Positions 22,735 to 31,195 of a stretch of DNA of 64,000 nt are shown piece by piece (position 1 is the first letter of the stretch; each line of letters starts with the position of its first letter). A program made the position numbers and the translations under genes. The DNA is from an uncultured SAR86 cluster bacterium. Lineage in GTDB: Bacteria > Pseudomonadota > Gammaproteobacteria > Magnimaribacterales > AG-339-G14. The notes beneath the pieces were generated by a model. That model made no database searches and was not told the origin of the DNA. It saw nothing but the letters and a program-made list of their open reading frames with translations. The stretch spans positions 143,536 through 207,535 of the forward strand of contig CACJUN010000003.1 in NCBI GenBank assembly GCA_902596665.1. The letters run 5' to 3'.

Positions 22735-23976
22735 ATGAATTATGAAAAATTTTTTAGCGACGAGCTTAAATCTCTCAAGTCGCAAGGTTTGTATAGAAAA
22801 TTTCGCGAAATAAATAGAACTCGTTCGACTTTTCCAAAAGCAACTGAACGCGATGGAGATTCTAAGAGACAAGTAGAAGTTTGGTGCAGCAATGATTATC
22901 TAAACTTGAGCCAACATCCTGCTATCGTCAATGAAACCATAAAAGTTACCCAAGAATTAGGAACTGGTTCCGGTGGAACAAGAAACATTTCTGGCACTTC
23001 TTCTTATCATGCGGATCTCGAAAGAACGCTGGCTGAATTGCATAAAAAAGATTCTGCCTTAATCTTTCCATCTGCTTACACAGCCAATCAATCTACCCTG
23101 TGGACTTTATGTAAAAAATTAGAAGGAATTGAAATATATTCTGATGAACTCAATCATGCATCGATGATCCAAGGCATAAAAAATGCCAACGTTAAAGTTC
23201 ATATTTTTAGGCACAACGATACCGAACATCTTGAAGAATTATTAAAAACGTCAAATGCAAATACCCCGAAGATGATAGTTTTCGAATCCCTTTATTCTAT
23301 GGAGGGTTTAAGATCTCCAATTGAAAAGATTATTTGGCTAGCCGAAAAATATAACGCCCTTACATACTTAGACGAAGTTCATTCTGTTGGTTTATACGGT
23401 CCAGAAGGAAGAGGTATTGCTGCCGAAGCTGGAGTCTCAGATAAAATAGATATTATTAACGGAACTCTCTCAAAATCTTTTGGTCAATTAGGTGGCTATG
23501 TAGCTGCTAACGCAGATATCATAGATTTCATTAGAAGTTTTGCGCCTGGCTTTATATTTACCTCTTCAGTCAATCCTTCCATTGTAGCTAGCTCCATCAA
23601 AGCTATTAAACTTGCAAAAAAAGCAGATCACCTAAGAAGAGAAATAAAATTTAATTCTGATCAAATAAGATCTGGCTTAAGAAATCTGAATATTCCATTT
23701 ATCGAAAATGATAGTCATATAATTCCAATACTTATTAAAGATCCTGTCCTGTGTAAAGACGCAGCAAATCTTTTAGTTGATAAGCACGGTATCTATATTC
23801 AGCCTGTCTTTTTCCCAACGGTTCCAAAAGGTGATGAAAGGTTTAGGGTCACTATCACACCAAAACATAATGCAACAGATATACAAAACTTTTTAAATGC
23901 TATTGACGATGTTTGGACTGAAATGTCTCTAGATAGAGTCGAAACAGATAGCAAAATAGTAAGTTTGAATTCGTAA
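22735..23976 (+). CDS. hemA: 5-aminolevulinate synthase (C4/Shemin pathway)
   Basis: ALAS signatures [50 protein letters not shown] (PLP Lys), GFIFTSS. Confidence 0.93.
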   Translation: MNYEKFFSDELKSLKSQGLYRKFREINRTRSTFPKATERDGDSKRQVEVWCSNDYLNLSQHPAIVNETIKVTQELGTGSGGTRNISGTSSYHADLERTLAELHKKDSALIFPSAYTANQSTLWTLCKKLEGIEIYSDELNHASMIQGIKNANVKVHIFRHNDTEHLEELLKTSNANTPKMIVFESLYSMEGLRSPIEKIIWLAEKYNALTYLDEVHSVGLYGPEGRGIAAEAGVSDKIDIINGTLSKSFGQLGGYVAANADIIDFIRSFAPGFIFTSSVNPSIVASSIKAIKLAKKADHLRREIKFNSDQIRSGLRNLNIPFIENDSHIIPILIKDPVLCKDAANLLVDKHGIYIQPVFFPTVPKGDERFRVTITPKHNATDIQNFLNAIDDVWTEMSLDRVETDSKIVSLNS

Positions 23977-23977
23977 C

Positions 23978-24886
23978 TTATTTTGTCGGGCGGTAGAAAG
24001 ATCTCCAAAGAGCTATTCCACCGATCAAGGAGATAATCCAGAAAAATAATTCAATGTAATTTGGATTGCTGTTGTAACCGAAAAAACCTTTAAGAAATAC
24101 GCCTACTCTTCCGCTGTCATGCATGATGTGCGTGTACTGTTGTTTGCCCTTTAAGTTGAACGAATAAAAGAAAGAGTTATCAGTTTCTTCGAGACTATCC
24201 TTAGGTTTTAAGATGTCCCAAGGACGAGAAATATCTGACTTGTTTTCTAAGCCTATGAGTTGTAGGTTATCTGACTTGACTAAATAGCTTTCAGCTTCAT
24301 GCGTGCCGTAAGCTATCATGCCTGATGCTAAGAAAACTAATAATAATGTCGTGGCTTGAAAAAAAGATCTTAAGTTAATCTTTCTCCCCTGAACAACGAC
24401 AAGATAGCCAATTAAAATTGCCAATGCTGCACCTACTGTGAACCCTAGGTAGCTGAAAGATCCTGTCATTGAAAAACTTCCCAAAAGGAAAATGGCTGTC
24501 TCAAATCCCTCTCTGAGAATAGAAAAGAAAATTACGAAGAAAATTCCCCAAGTTGATGCTTGAACAGCCGTATTAGTTTCGGCTTCAATTTGTTTTCTAT
24601 CACTGACGTGTTTTGATAGCCAAAAAATGACATACCAAATTAATCCAGCCGTGATAAACATGAATACTGATTCAAAAAGAGCTCTAGCAGATTCGTTGCT
24701 GAAGCTTTCTTTGAGAACGTAGACCACATAGCCTACAAGAATACTAAATACAAGTGCGGCAGCTACACCTATCCAAAGTTTTTTAATCGATTCGTAAAGT
24801 TCGTTTTTTATAAGGATCGTATAAATAATCCCAACAATTAAAGAAGCCTCGAGAGTTTCCCTAAAAACAATGATGAATTCATTCAT
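23978..24886 (-). CDS. FTR1/EfeU-family iron permease
   Basis: Two RExxE motifs (FRETLE, LREGFE) and multiple TM segments. Confidence 0.9.
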   Translation of the reverse strand: MNEFIIVFRETLEASLIVGIIYTILIKNELYESIKKLWIGVAAALVFSILVGYVVYVLKESFSNESARALFESVFMFITAGLIWYVIFWLSKHVSDRKQIEAETNTAVQASTWGIFFVIFFSILREGFETAIFLLGSFSMTGSFSYLGFTVGAALAILIGYLVVVQGRKINLRSFFQATTLLLVFLASGMIAYGTHEAESYLVKSDNLQLIGLENKSDISRPWDILKPKDSLEETDNSFFYSFNLKGKQQYTHIMHDSGRVGVFLKGFFGYNSNPNYIELFFWIISLIGGIALWRSFYRPTK

Positions 24887-24900
24887 TACAATAATTTATC

Positions 24901-25171
24901 AAATAAAGAGAGGAAGAGCTTAATTTTTCATCAGGGGTGTTTATAAGGAACGAACAAAAAAACTCTTCCAAAATTTTTTTAAAGCGTAGGGAAAATCAAT
25001 CTTGATGGTAGGTACAGATGGTAAGATTGATTTTCCCTTCAGTTCTTTCTCCTAATTAAGAACTGAGCTTTTGAAAATGACCTGCTCCGAAATCATGACC
25101 AGGGTATTGATCTTCATCGCCGCTCCGCCAACGGTTTTTGAATTCTTAGATTTGAGAGCAAGAAAGTTCAT
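24901..25171 (-). ncRNA. Candidate structured sRNA / long 3'UTR of the Fur-boxed TonB receptor
   Basis: Series of stems, including a perfect 16-bp inverted repeat (24988-25003/25023-25038), a 9-bp stem (25039-25066) and a terminal stem (24912-24969) followed by UCUCUUUAUUU; G-U pairs favour the minus strand. Confidence 0.55.
25052..25171 (-). CDS. Possible 39-aa small ORF (MNFLALKSKNSKTVGGAAMKINTLVMISEQVIFKSSVLN)
   Basis: ATG preceded by GAGGG just after the receptor stop; no recognisable homology; overlaps the predicted RNA stems. Confidence 0.2.
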   Translation of the reverse strand: MNFLALKSKNSKTVGGAAMKINTLVMISEQVIFKSSVLN

Positions 25172-25189
25172 AATTTTAATATTCCCTCT

Positions 25190-27286
25190 TTAAAATCTTC
25201 TAGAGTATGAAATCCTTGCACTCAGGGACTCACCAACAGAAGCTTGGTGGGTGCTATGTGAATGAGGGAAATATAATTCATCCGTCAAATTTTCTATATG
25301 CACTCTAATTACATCGTTATCAGATGCATTAACATAAAAAGCAAAATCAACTCTGGTGTAGTCAGGCAGAACAGGTCCTGTGCTTCCATTTGACGTATCT
25401 TTGATGAAAGACTCGGCCTGATGAGTTACTCCTAAACCAAAACCATAAGTTTCGTTAGCTTGATATGAGTACCATAACGAGAGCATCTGATTTGGCAGTT
25501 CTCTTGGTTGTTTAGTTCCTTTGCTTGTTTCACCATCAAGCGAGGTGTATCCAAAAGTTAAATTATTCTGATCATTAATATCACCAGATAATTCAAGCTC
25601 AACGCCTTCAACTTCAAGACCTCTAACTTCATTCATTTCTCCAGTAGCGTTATCTTTTTCAGCGCGAGTTGATTCGGAATCAAAGATTGCTGCTGTAAAT
25701 GTCAGAGCATCATTAATATCGTATTTGTAACCAAATTCAGTGTTCTTATAGACGTCTGGATCAAGAGCAGCTCCGCTAGCATCTAGCTTTTTATATTGCT
25801 CTCCCGATCTTGGAAGAAAACTTTCGCTGTAGCTAACATATAAGGACATGTTGTCTACCGGTTTGTAAATAACACCAAATCTTGGTGAAAACATATCGTC
25901 TTTTCTAGATTGATCCTGAGATTTTTTAACATCAGTAACAGTAATATCAAAGTTGTCTAGACGACCACCAATGATCATTTTCCAATTATCAGAGAAATCA
26001 ATATCACCTTGTAAATAGAAAGAGGTAACTGTGACATCAGACTCTGAGCTGCTTTTTAAATCTGTTGTGTAATCTACAGTAGAGTCTAACCCTGTTGACG
26101 TTTTTGCAATATTCAAAGGTCTCGTAATATTAAATATCTGCTGATCTGTAGGCTCACCTGCATCGCTGCCTGCTCTGTTGTTAAAGAAAGTGTTGTATCG
26201 GTAATTTTTATTGTCAGTATCAACAAACTCTAGACCAACCAAGACAGTACCTGAAGTGGAGCCATTATTAAATTCATTTACGACATTTGCAGAAACAATA
26301 AGATTTTGTCTTTCTGTAGGATCTAAATAACCATCAAGCTTTACGGTATTTGCCGCCGCATCATAACCAGCAGCATAAAGATTCTTATACATTTTTTTGA
26401 AGTCGCTTGAAGTGATACTCATATTGAATTTACCTGTGTCCGAGTAATCATGAGCAAGACTTCCTCTAAATATACTCGCTTCTAAAGTTTGTAAATTTAG
26501 GCCCTCCACACCGAATACGACATCTTTAAGACTCTCCACTGGCCTGTTGTTTGCAGTAGGAATACCTCTATCGATAAACCTTTCATGATCTGCGTATTCA
26601 TAAGATAAATCTATCGTAGTGGCATCATCTGCTTGAATTTTTAGGGTTGGGTTTATTCCGTATCTTTCCCCTTCGTAGAAATCTCTATGATTCGCTAAAG
26701 AATCTGCATGAAGGTTTAATCTAACAGCCGTTGAATCGGAAGTTGCAAAGTTAGCATCAACTGCTATATCAGAGGCGCCAAAAAGATCTGCACCAACATC
26801 AAATGAGCCAAAAGCTTCGCCGATTTCCGCTTTCTTTGAAACTCTATTGATTAGGCCTCCGGTTCCGCCTCTTCCAAAGAGTAGAGCATTCGGACCTCTT
26901 AAAATTTCTAATTGTTCTACGTTGTATAAGGATCTGTAATATTGAACATCATCTCTCACACCGTCTTGGTAAAAATCAGCTGTTGATCTAACTCCTCTAA
27001 AGACAACTGCGTCTCTGTGTCCTTCCCCTTGTGATGTGTTTACGCCGGGAGTATAGCGAATGATATCTCCTATCTCTCTAAAGCCCTGATTCTTTATTTC
27101 CTCATCGGTAATAACTGAAACAGATTGAGGAACGTCCAGAATTGGCAACGGAGGCTTAAGAGAATTAACTTGATCTACGTATAAAACTTTTCCTTTTACC
27201 TCAACTTCCTCCACATCATCGCTGTTTTGAGCAAATATGCTTAAAGCTCCCAATAAAAAAAATGCGGTATATATAAATTTTTTCAT
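25190..27286 (-). CDS. TonB-dependent iron/siderophore receptor (Fiu-like)
   Basis: Signal peptide, EEVEVKG TonB box, DVPQSVSVI, YTPGV..QGEGHRD..FRG, EILRGPNALLFGRGGTGGLINRV, C-terminal Phe; Fur boxes upstream. Confidence 0.9.
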   Translation of the reverse strand: MKKFIYTAFFLLGALSIFAQNSDDVEEVEVKGKVLYVDQVNSLKPPLPILDVPQSVSVITDEEIKNQGFREIGDIIRYTPGVNTSQGEGHRDAVVFRGVRSTADFYQDGVRDDVQYYRSLYNVEQLEILRGPNALLFGRGGTGGLINRVSKKAEIGEAFGSFDVGADLFGASDIAVDANFATSDSTAVRLNLHADSLANHRDFYEGERYGINPTLKIQADDATTIDLSYEYADHERFIDRGIPTANNRPVESLKDVVFGVEGLNLQTLEASIFRGSLAHDYSDTGKFNMSITSSDFKKMYKNLYAAGYDAAANTVKLDGYLDPTERQNLIVSANVVNEFNNGSTSGTVLVGLEFVDTDNKNYRYNTFFNNRAGSDAGEPTDQQIFNITRPLNIAKTSTGLDSTVDYTTDLKSSSESDVTVTSFYLQGDIDFSDNWKMIIGGRLDNFDITVTDVKKSQDQSRKDDMFSPRFGVIYKPVDNMSLYVSYSESFLPRSGEQYKKLDASGAALDPDVYKNTEFGYKYDINDALTFTAAIFDSESTRAEKDNATGEMNEVRGLEVEGVELELSGDINDQNNLTFGYTSLDGETSKGTKQPRELPNQMLSLWYSYQANETYGFGLGVTHQAESFIKDTSNGSTGPVLPDYTRVDFAFYVNASDNDVIRVHIENLTDELYFPHSHSTHQASVGESLSARISYSRRF

Positions 27287-27315
27287 AATTTTTTCCAATA
27301 TTTTTGGTCATATCT

Positions 27316-27369
27316 CATAATGATAATGAGAATCGTTCTCAATTATATACAAATGAGAATGATTATCAA
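27316..27369 (-). promoter_or_regulatory. Tandem Fur boxes overlapping a sigma70 promoter of the TonB receptor
   Basis: GATAATGAGAATCGTTCTC (27322-27340, 16/19 to GATAATGATAATCATTATC) and ACAAATGAGAATGATTATC (27349-27367, 14/19); minus-strand TTGATA-16bp-TATAAT (27369-27342). Confidence 0.85.
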
Positions 27370-27539
27370 TTGCTTTTAGAAATATCTTTATAACTTTCAT
27401 TAAAAAAAATAAGAAAATTAAAGATTAAAAGCCTTGACCTTTTTCTTTTTTCTTGTTTATAGCTAAAAAATAAGAGTTTGACGCTTTATGCAGAGTTGAA
27501 TACTCTGCAAAATATAGATTATTTTCTAGGGGGAAAATT

Positions 27540-30278
27540 ATGAATAAATTCTATTTATTAAGGTTATTTTTAATCTCCCTCCTTTGCATTCCTTTTGTAA
27601 ATTCGCAGGATGATGATACTGAAGAAGTCGTAGTTACAGGTTCACTGATTGCTACCGATAGAGAAGTTTTATCTGTTCCTGTTGATTCCTTCGATCGGGA
27701 TGATTTCGAGTCTGCTGGACAACCAGAAATATCTGATTTAGTCAGGAACCTTCCTGCTGTATCGGGTACTGTGAATACGTCTGAGCAATTCGTTGAAGGG
27801 GGAACAATAACCGGTATTAAAAACGTGAACATTAGAGGTCTGGGTGTTGCTAGAACTCTTGTTCTTATTAATGGTAAGAGAATGGTTGAAACTGCGGTTG
27901 CAACTAACTCTGCTGAGTCGCCAGTTGATATTGGTAACTTTCCATCAATTGCTCTAAAACGTATTGAATTACTTAAAAACGGTGGTTCAACAGTATACGG
28001 TTCTGATGCGGTTGCTGGTGTGTTCAATATGATCACAAGAAATGATTTTGAAGGTTTTGAAATGAATCTTTCAACTACCAATATTAATAACGCTGATCCT
28101 GGTTACAACTTTGGATTCATTTATGGAAATCAAAACGGTGATAACAGATTCACTATTTCTTATGAATACGAAGAAATTGGCCGTTTGATGAACATTGATC
28201 TTGGACTAGTAGATTGGTCTACGCCTGCAACTTGGTCTTTAGGATTTTCTTCTTTCGGTATGCCTGGAACTTGGCATCCTCTTGCTGGTGGTAGTGCCCA
28301 AGGTGAAGCTGCCATTATGGATCCGACCTGTGGCATGAGTGTTCCTGTTGCTGCATCTAAGTCAAAAGGTAAATCAGTTTCAGTTCCTATAACAGGCAAT
28401 CCTCATTCAAAATGTGGATATAACTATGTGCCATTTTCAAACGCAATTGATCCAACGACAAGGAACAAACTTTATGTAACTGCAGAATCAGATATTAATG
28501 AAGATACAATGTTATATTTTGAGTATCTCCATGCTGGATTGGACACTACATACACTGGTTCGCCTTCTTATCCGCCAACTGCTGCTGGTTACTACTTATT
28601 AGTTCCTAGTCACAACCCAGGTTTTCAAGAAATTGAAAGAGCTGCAGGGGTAGACATGGGAGATGCTGCTTTAACTTGGTTAAGAGCTAGAGCGGTTGAA
28701 GGTCCTGGAATGGAAAGACCTAACTATCACGATTCAGACAGAATCGTCACTGGTATTAAAACCGACATAACTGATTCAGTTCAGTTTGATGCGAGCATAA
28801 CTTACGGTGCTACCGAATGGAGTAATGCTTGGGGTGATGTTCTCACTGATAGATTTGCTATGGCTTTAAACGGTATCGGTGGTGAGGATTGTAGAGATCC
28901 TGCTACTGGTAATTTTTATGAAATTGGAACCGATGCTGCTTTAGCTGCTGCTGGAACTGGTAATTGTCATTACTACAACCCTGTTGGAGCTTCTATTGGT
29001 GCAAGTCCATCTGATCCTTATTACAACCATCCAGATGCTTGGGACTTCTTCTGGGGAGGACCTGAGGCTGAAGAGAAAAAATCTCTTACAGTTGGTGAAT
29101 TCGTTTTCTCTGGTTTTGGAGCAAATGATATTGGTTGGGCAGTTGGAGCTCAATTTAGAAAGTTTTATGGTTTCTATAGAGCTGCCGGTGATAACAGATG
29201 TCCAGACAATGGAAAATGTAACACTGTCTTCCATTTCTTGACTATGGATAAAACTGAAAGAATTGATAACGAAGTTACATCTCTATTTGGTGAGGTAAAT
29301 ATCCCAGCTGGAGACAACTTTGAAATTCAACTTGGTGCGAGATACATTGATTATGAACTTGATCAGGTAACAAAACCAAGAATGTCTTTCATCTGGGACG
29401 CTACAGACATCTTTAGTCTAAGATTCTCTTATGAGCAAACTTATAGAACTCCAGTTCTTGCCAGCCAGCCTACAGAATCTTTAGAAAGATATGCGCCTCT
29501 AGGTGAGTATGTAACAGTTGTGACTCCTGTTCCATCTACTCTTGAACCAGAGCAGTCTGACAACATGAACATTGGTTTTATAATCAGACCAACTGATCGA
29601 AGCCAATTAACCTTTGATTACTTCAACCTTGCATTTACAAATGGTTTCGCAAGAACAGCTTCAACAGCTCCTTCTGCAAGAATTATTTACAACACACCTG
29701 GTGATGACACTAGTGGTGTAGCAAGAATTGAAACTGACTTTATTAACGGAGATGACGTTGATATTTCAGGATTAGATTTTGAAGGTTCTGTTGGATTTGA
29801 TTCTGGAAATGCTGTAATGCAATTCTCTTATGGTGGTACCTATATGACTCAATACGACGTTGCTGGTGGTATTGGTGCCTTAGCGGGGGGAACTTACGAT
29901 GCATTGGGTAAATTCAACACTAGATCATCTGTATCGCCTATCGTCTTAAGATCATTGCCAGAACTGCAATTATTCTTAGGATTAGGAATAGATATCGACA
30001 TTCATAGAATGAATATATATCTAAGACACATAAGTGAATACGATGTTCCTGATACCATAACTGCTGCCTACAGCTTTATCGATAAAATTGATTCTATGAA
30101 TACTATAGATTTCAATTACTCAGTTAACTTAGCTGATGACAGAGTTACTTTAAACATAAGTGCTCACAACTTACTTGATGAGAAGCCACCTTTAGCTCCA
30201 TCTGAGTTAGGTTATGATGCTTATACACATTCTCCTGTGGGAAGAGTTCTGAAAGCTGGTATCCAGTACAGATTCTAA
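27540..30278 (+). CDS. TonB-dependent receptor, 912 aa, substrate unknown
   Basis: EEVVVTGS, VNIRGLGVARTLVLINGKR, RIELLKNGGSTVYGSDAVAGVFN, C-terminal YRF. Confidence 0.93.
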   Translation: MNKFYLLRLFLISLLCIPFVNSQDDDTEEVVVTGSLIATDREVLSVPVDSFDRDDFESAGQPEISDLVRNLPAVSGTVNTSEQFVEGGTITGIKNVNIRGLGVARTLVLINGKRMVETAVATNSAESPVDIGNFPSIALKRIELLKNGGSTVYGSDAVAGVFNMITRNDFEGFEMNLSTTNINNADPGYNFGFIYGNQNGDNRFTISYEYEEIGRLMNIDLGLVDWSTPATWSLGFSSFGMPGTWHPLAGGSAQGEAAIMDPTCGMSVPVAASKSKGKSVSVPITGNPHSKCGYNYVPFSNAIDPTTRNKLYVTAESDINEDTMLYFEYLHAGLDTTYTGSPSYPPTAAGYYLLVPSHNPGFQEIERAAGVDMGDAALTWLRARAVEGPGMERPNYHDSDRIVTGIKTDITDSVQFDASITYGATEWSNAWGDVLTDRFAMALNGIGGEDCRDPATGNFYEIGTDAALAAAGTGNCHYYNPVGASIGASPSDPYYNHPDAWDFFWGGPEAEEKKSLTVGEFVFSGFGANDIGWAVGAQFRKFYGFYRAAGDNRCPDNGKCNTVFHFLTMDKTERIDNEVTSLFGEVNIPAGDNFEIQLGARYIDYELDQVTKPRMSFIWDATDIFSLRFSYEQTYRTPVLASQPTESLERYAPLGEYVTVVTPVPSTLEPEQSDNMNIGFIIRPTDRSQLTFDYFNLAFTNGFARTASTAPSARIIYNTPGDDTSGVARIETDFINGDDVDISGLDFEGSVGFDSGNAVMQFSYGGTYMTQYDVAGGIGALAGGTYDALGKFNTRSSVSPIVLRSLPELQLFLGLGIDIDIHRMNIYLRHISEYDVPDTITAAYSFIDKIDSMNTIDFNYSVNLADDRVTLNISAHNLLDEKPPLAPSELGYDAYTHSPVGRVLKAGIQYRF

Positions 30279-30292
30279 ACTTAGGGTTTGCA

Positions 30293-30324
30293 AAAAAAAG
30301 GCGGTGGAAACACCGCCTTTTTTT
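30293..30324. terminator. Bidirectional intrinsic terminator
   Basis: AAAAAAAGGCGGTG-GAAA-CACCGCCTTTTTTT between convergent genes. Confidence 0.93.
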
Positions 30325-30331
30325 ATGATTC

Positions 30332-31120
30332 TCAATCTCTCGTAAAACTACTATCGGTATTCCACCAAGCCATATCCGAAAAAGATCTTATGTCTATTTC
30401 ATGAGTCCAAGTGGATCTATGCTGATTGGCAAGATGAAAATATGTTTCTGCTACTTTCTCGGGAAGAATTAATCCATCGTGCTCCATACCTCGAGTTTCT
30501 CTCATCTTCTGATACATATCCGGTCCAAGCATTTTTCCAAGGGTATCAGGAGCATCTACGGCACCATCAATAACGATATGGGCAACATGGATGCCTTGTG
30601 GACCGAATTCATCGTTTAAGGATTGGCATAACATTCTTCTGCCTCCCATTGCGGCAGCGTGAGAGTGTTGGGTCTTATTACCTCTGACAGCTGCTGTAGC
30701 CGAAGTGACAAGGAGACAGCCCTCTCCTCTGCTGGCCATAATAGGACAGATCTCTTTGGCCACTCTAAAAAGTCCTTGAGTAGCCATCTTCCAACCCCAT
30801 TCGAATTCTTTTAGGCTTGTTTGATCCAAAAGTTTCATCCCAGTTTGAGCTCCTAGGTTATAAACTAAAGTATCAATTGGCCCTATACCTTCCTCAATAT
30901 CCTTGATCAGCTTTTCTATTGCACCTTCTTCAATTGCGTTAATTAAGAATCCTGAGGCTTCTCCTCCCTCAGCTTCAATATTTTTAATCCATTTATCCAG
31001 ACCATCCTGATCTGTTCTCCTTGCTAGACAGGAGTGATAACCCTCAATTGCAAATTTTCTGGCTATGTTTGCTCCAATTCCACCGCCGGCACCTATAACT
31101 AGACAAACTTTTTTAGTCAT
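30332..31120 (-). CDS. Short-chain dehydrogenase/reductase (atypical catalytic motif)
   Basis: IGAGGGIG, SATAAVRG, HVAHIVIDG; HAAAMG in place of YxxxK. Confidence 0.85.
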   Translation of the reverse strand: MTKKVCLVIGAGGGIGANIARKFAIEGYHSCLARRTDQDGLDKWIKNIEAEGGEASGFLINAIEEGAIEKLIKDIEEGIGPIDTLVYNLGAQTGMKLLDQTSLKEFEWGWKMATQGLFRVAKEICPIMASRGEGCLLVTSATAAVRGNKTQHSHAAAMGGRRMLCQSLNDEFGPQGIHVAHIVIDGAVDAPDTLGKMLGPDMYQKMRETRGMEHDGLILPEKVAETYFHLANQHRSTWTHEIDIRSFSDMAWWNTDSSFTRD

Positions 31121-31195
31121 TTTTAAACTCCTTTTCTACTATTTTTAACATATTCTATCGTTTCCTTATACTTCGATAGGTCATAAGATAGTTTT

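Noticed and set aside
24887-24903. Fur box at the FTR1 start (TGATAAATTATTG)
   Set aside because: Poor fit to the 7-1-7 spacing; better read as an extended -10 element
24988-25038. 16-bp inverted repeat as a MITE/REP element or CRISPR repeat
   Set aside because: Single copy in the window, no target-site duplication, no transposase or cas genes
24941-25042. 33-codon minus-strand ORF with AGGAG and a CTG start
   Set aside because: Rare start codon, sequestered in a 9-bp stem; ORF runs through the perfect hairpin and a poly-T stretch; better explained as RNA structure
24901-25171. Known riboswitch (cobalamin, glycine, NiCo/czcD, yybP-ykoY) upstream of FTR1
   Set aside because: Only short fragments resemble the consensus sequences (GAGCAGG, GGAGA...CTGAAGG); core elements are missing, and FTR1 appears to have its own promoter downstream
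31158-31171. 9-nt complementarity between the terminal-hairpin loop (UUCCUUAUA) and the region upstream of the minus-strand SDR
   Set aside because: About 40 nt from the start codon, probably in the promoter, AT-rich and without a functional link; likely chance
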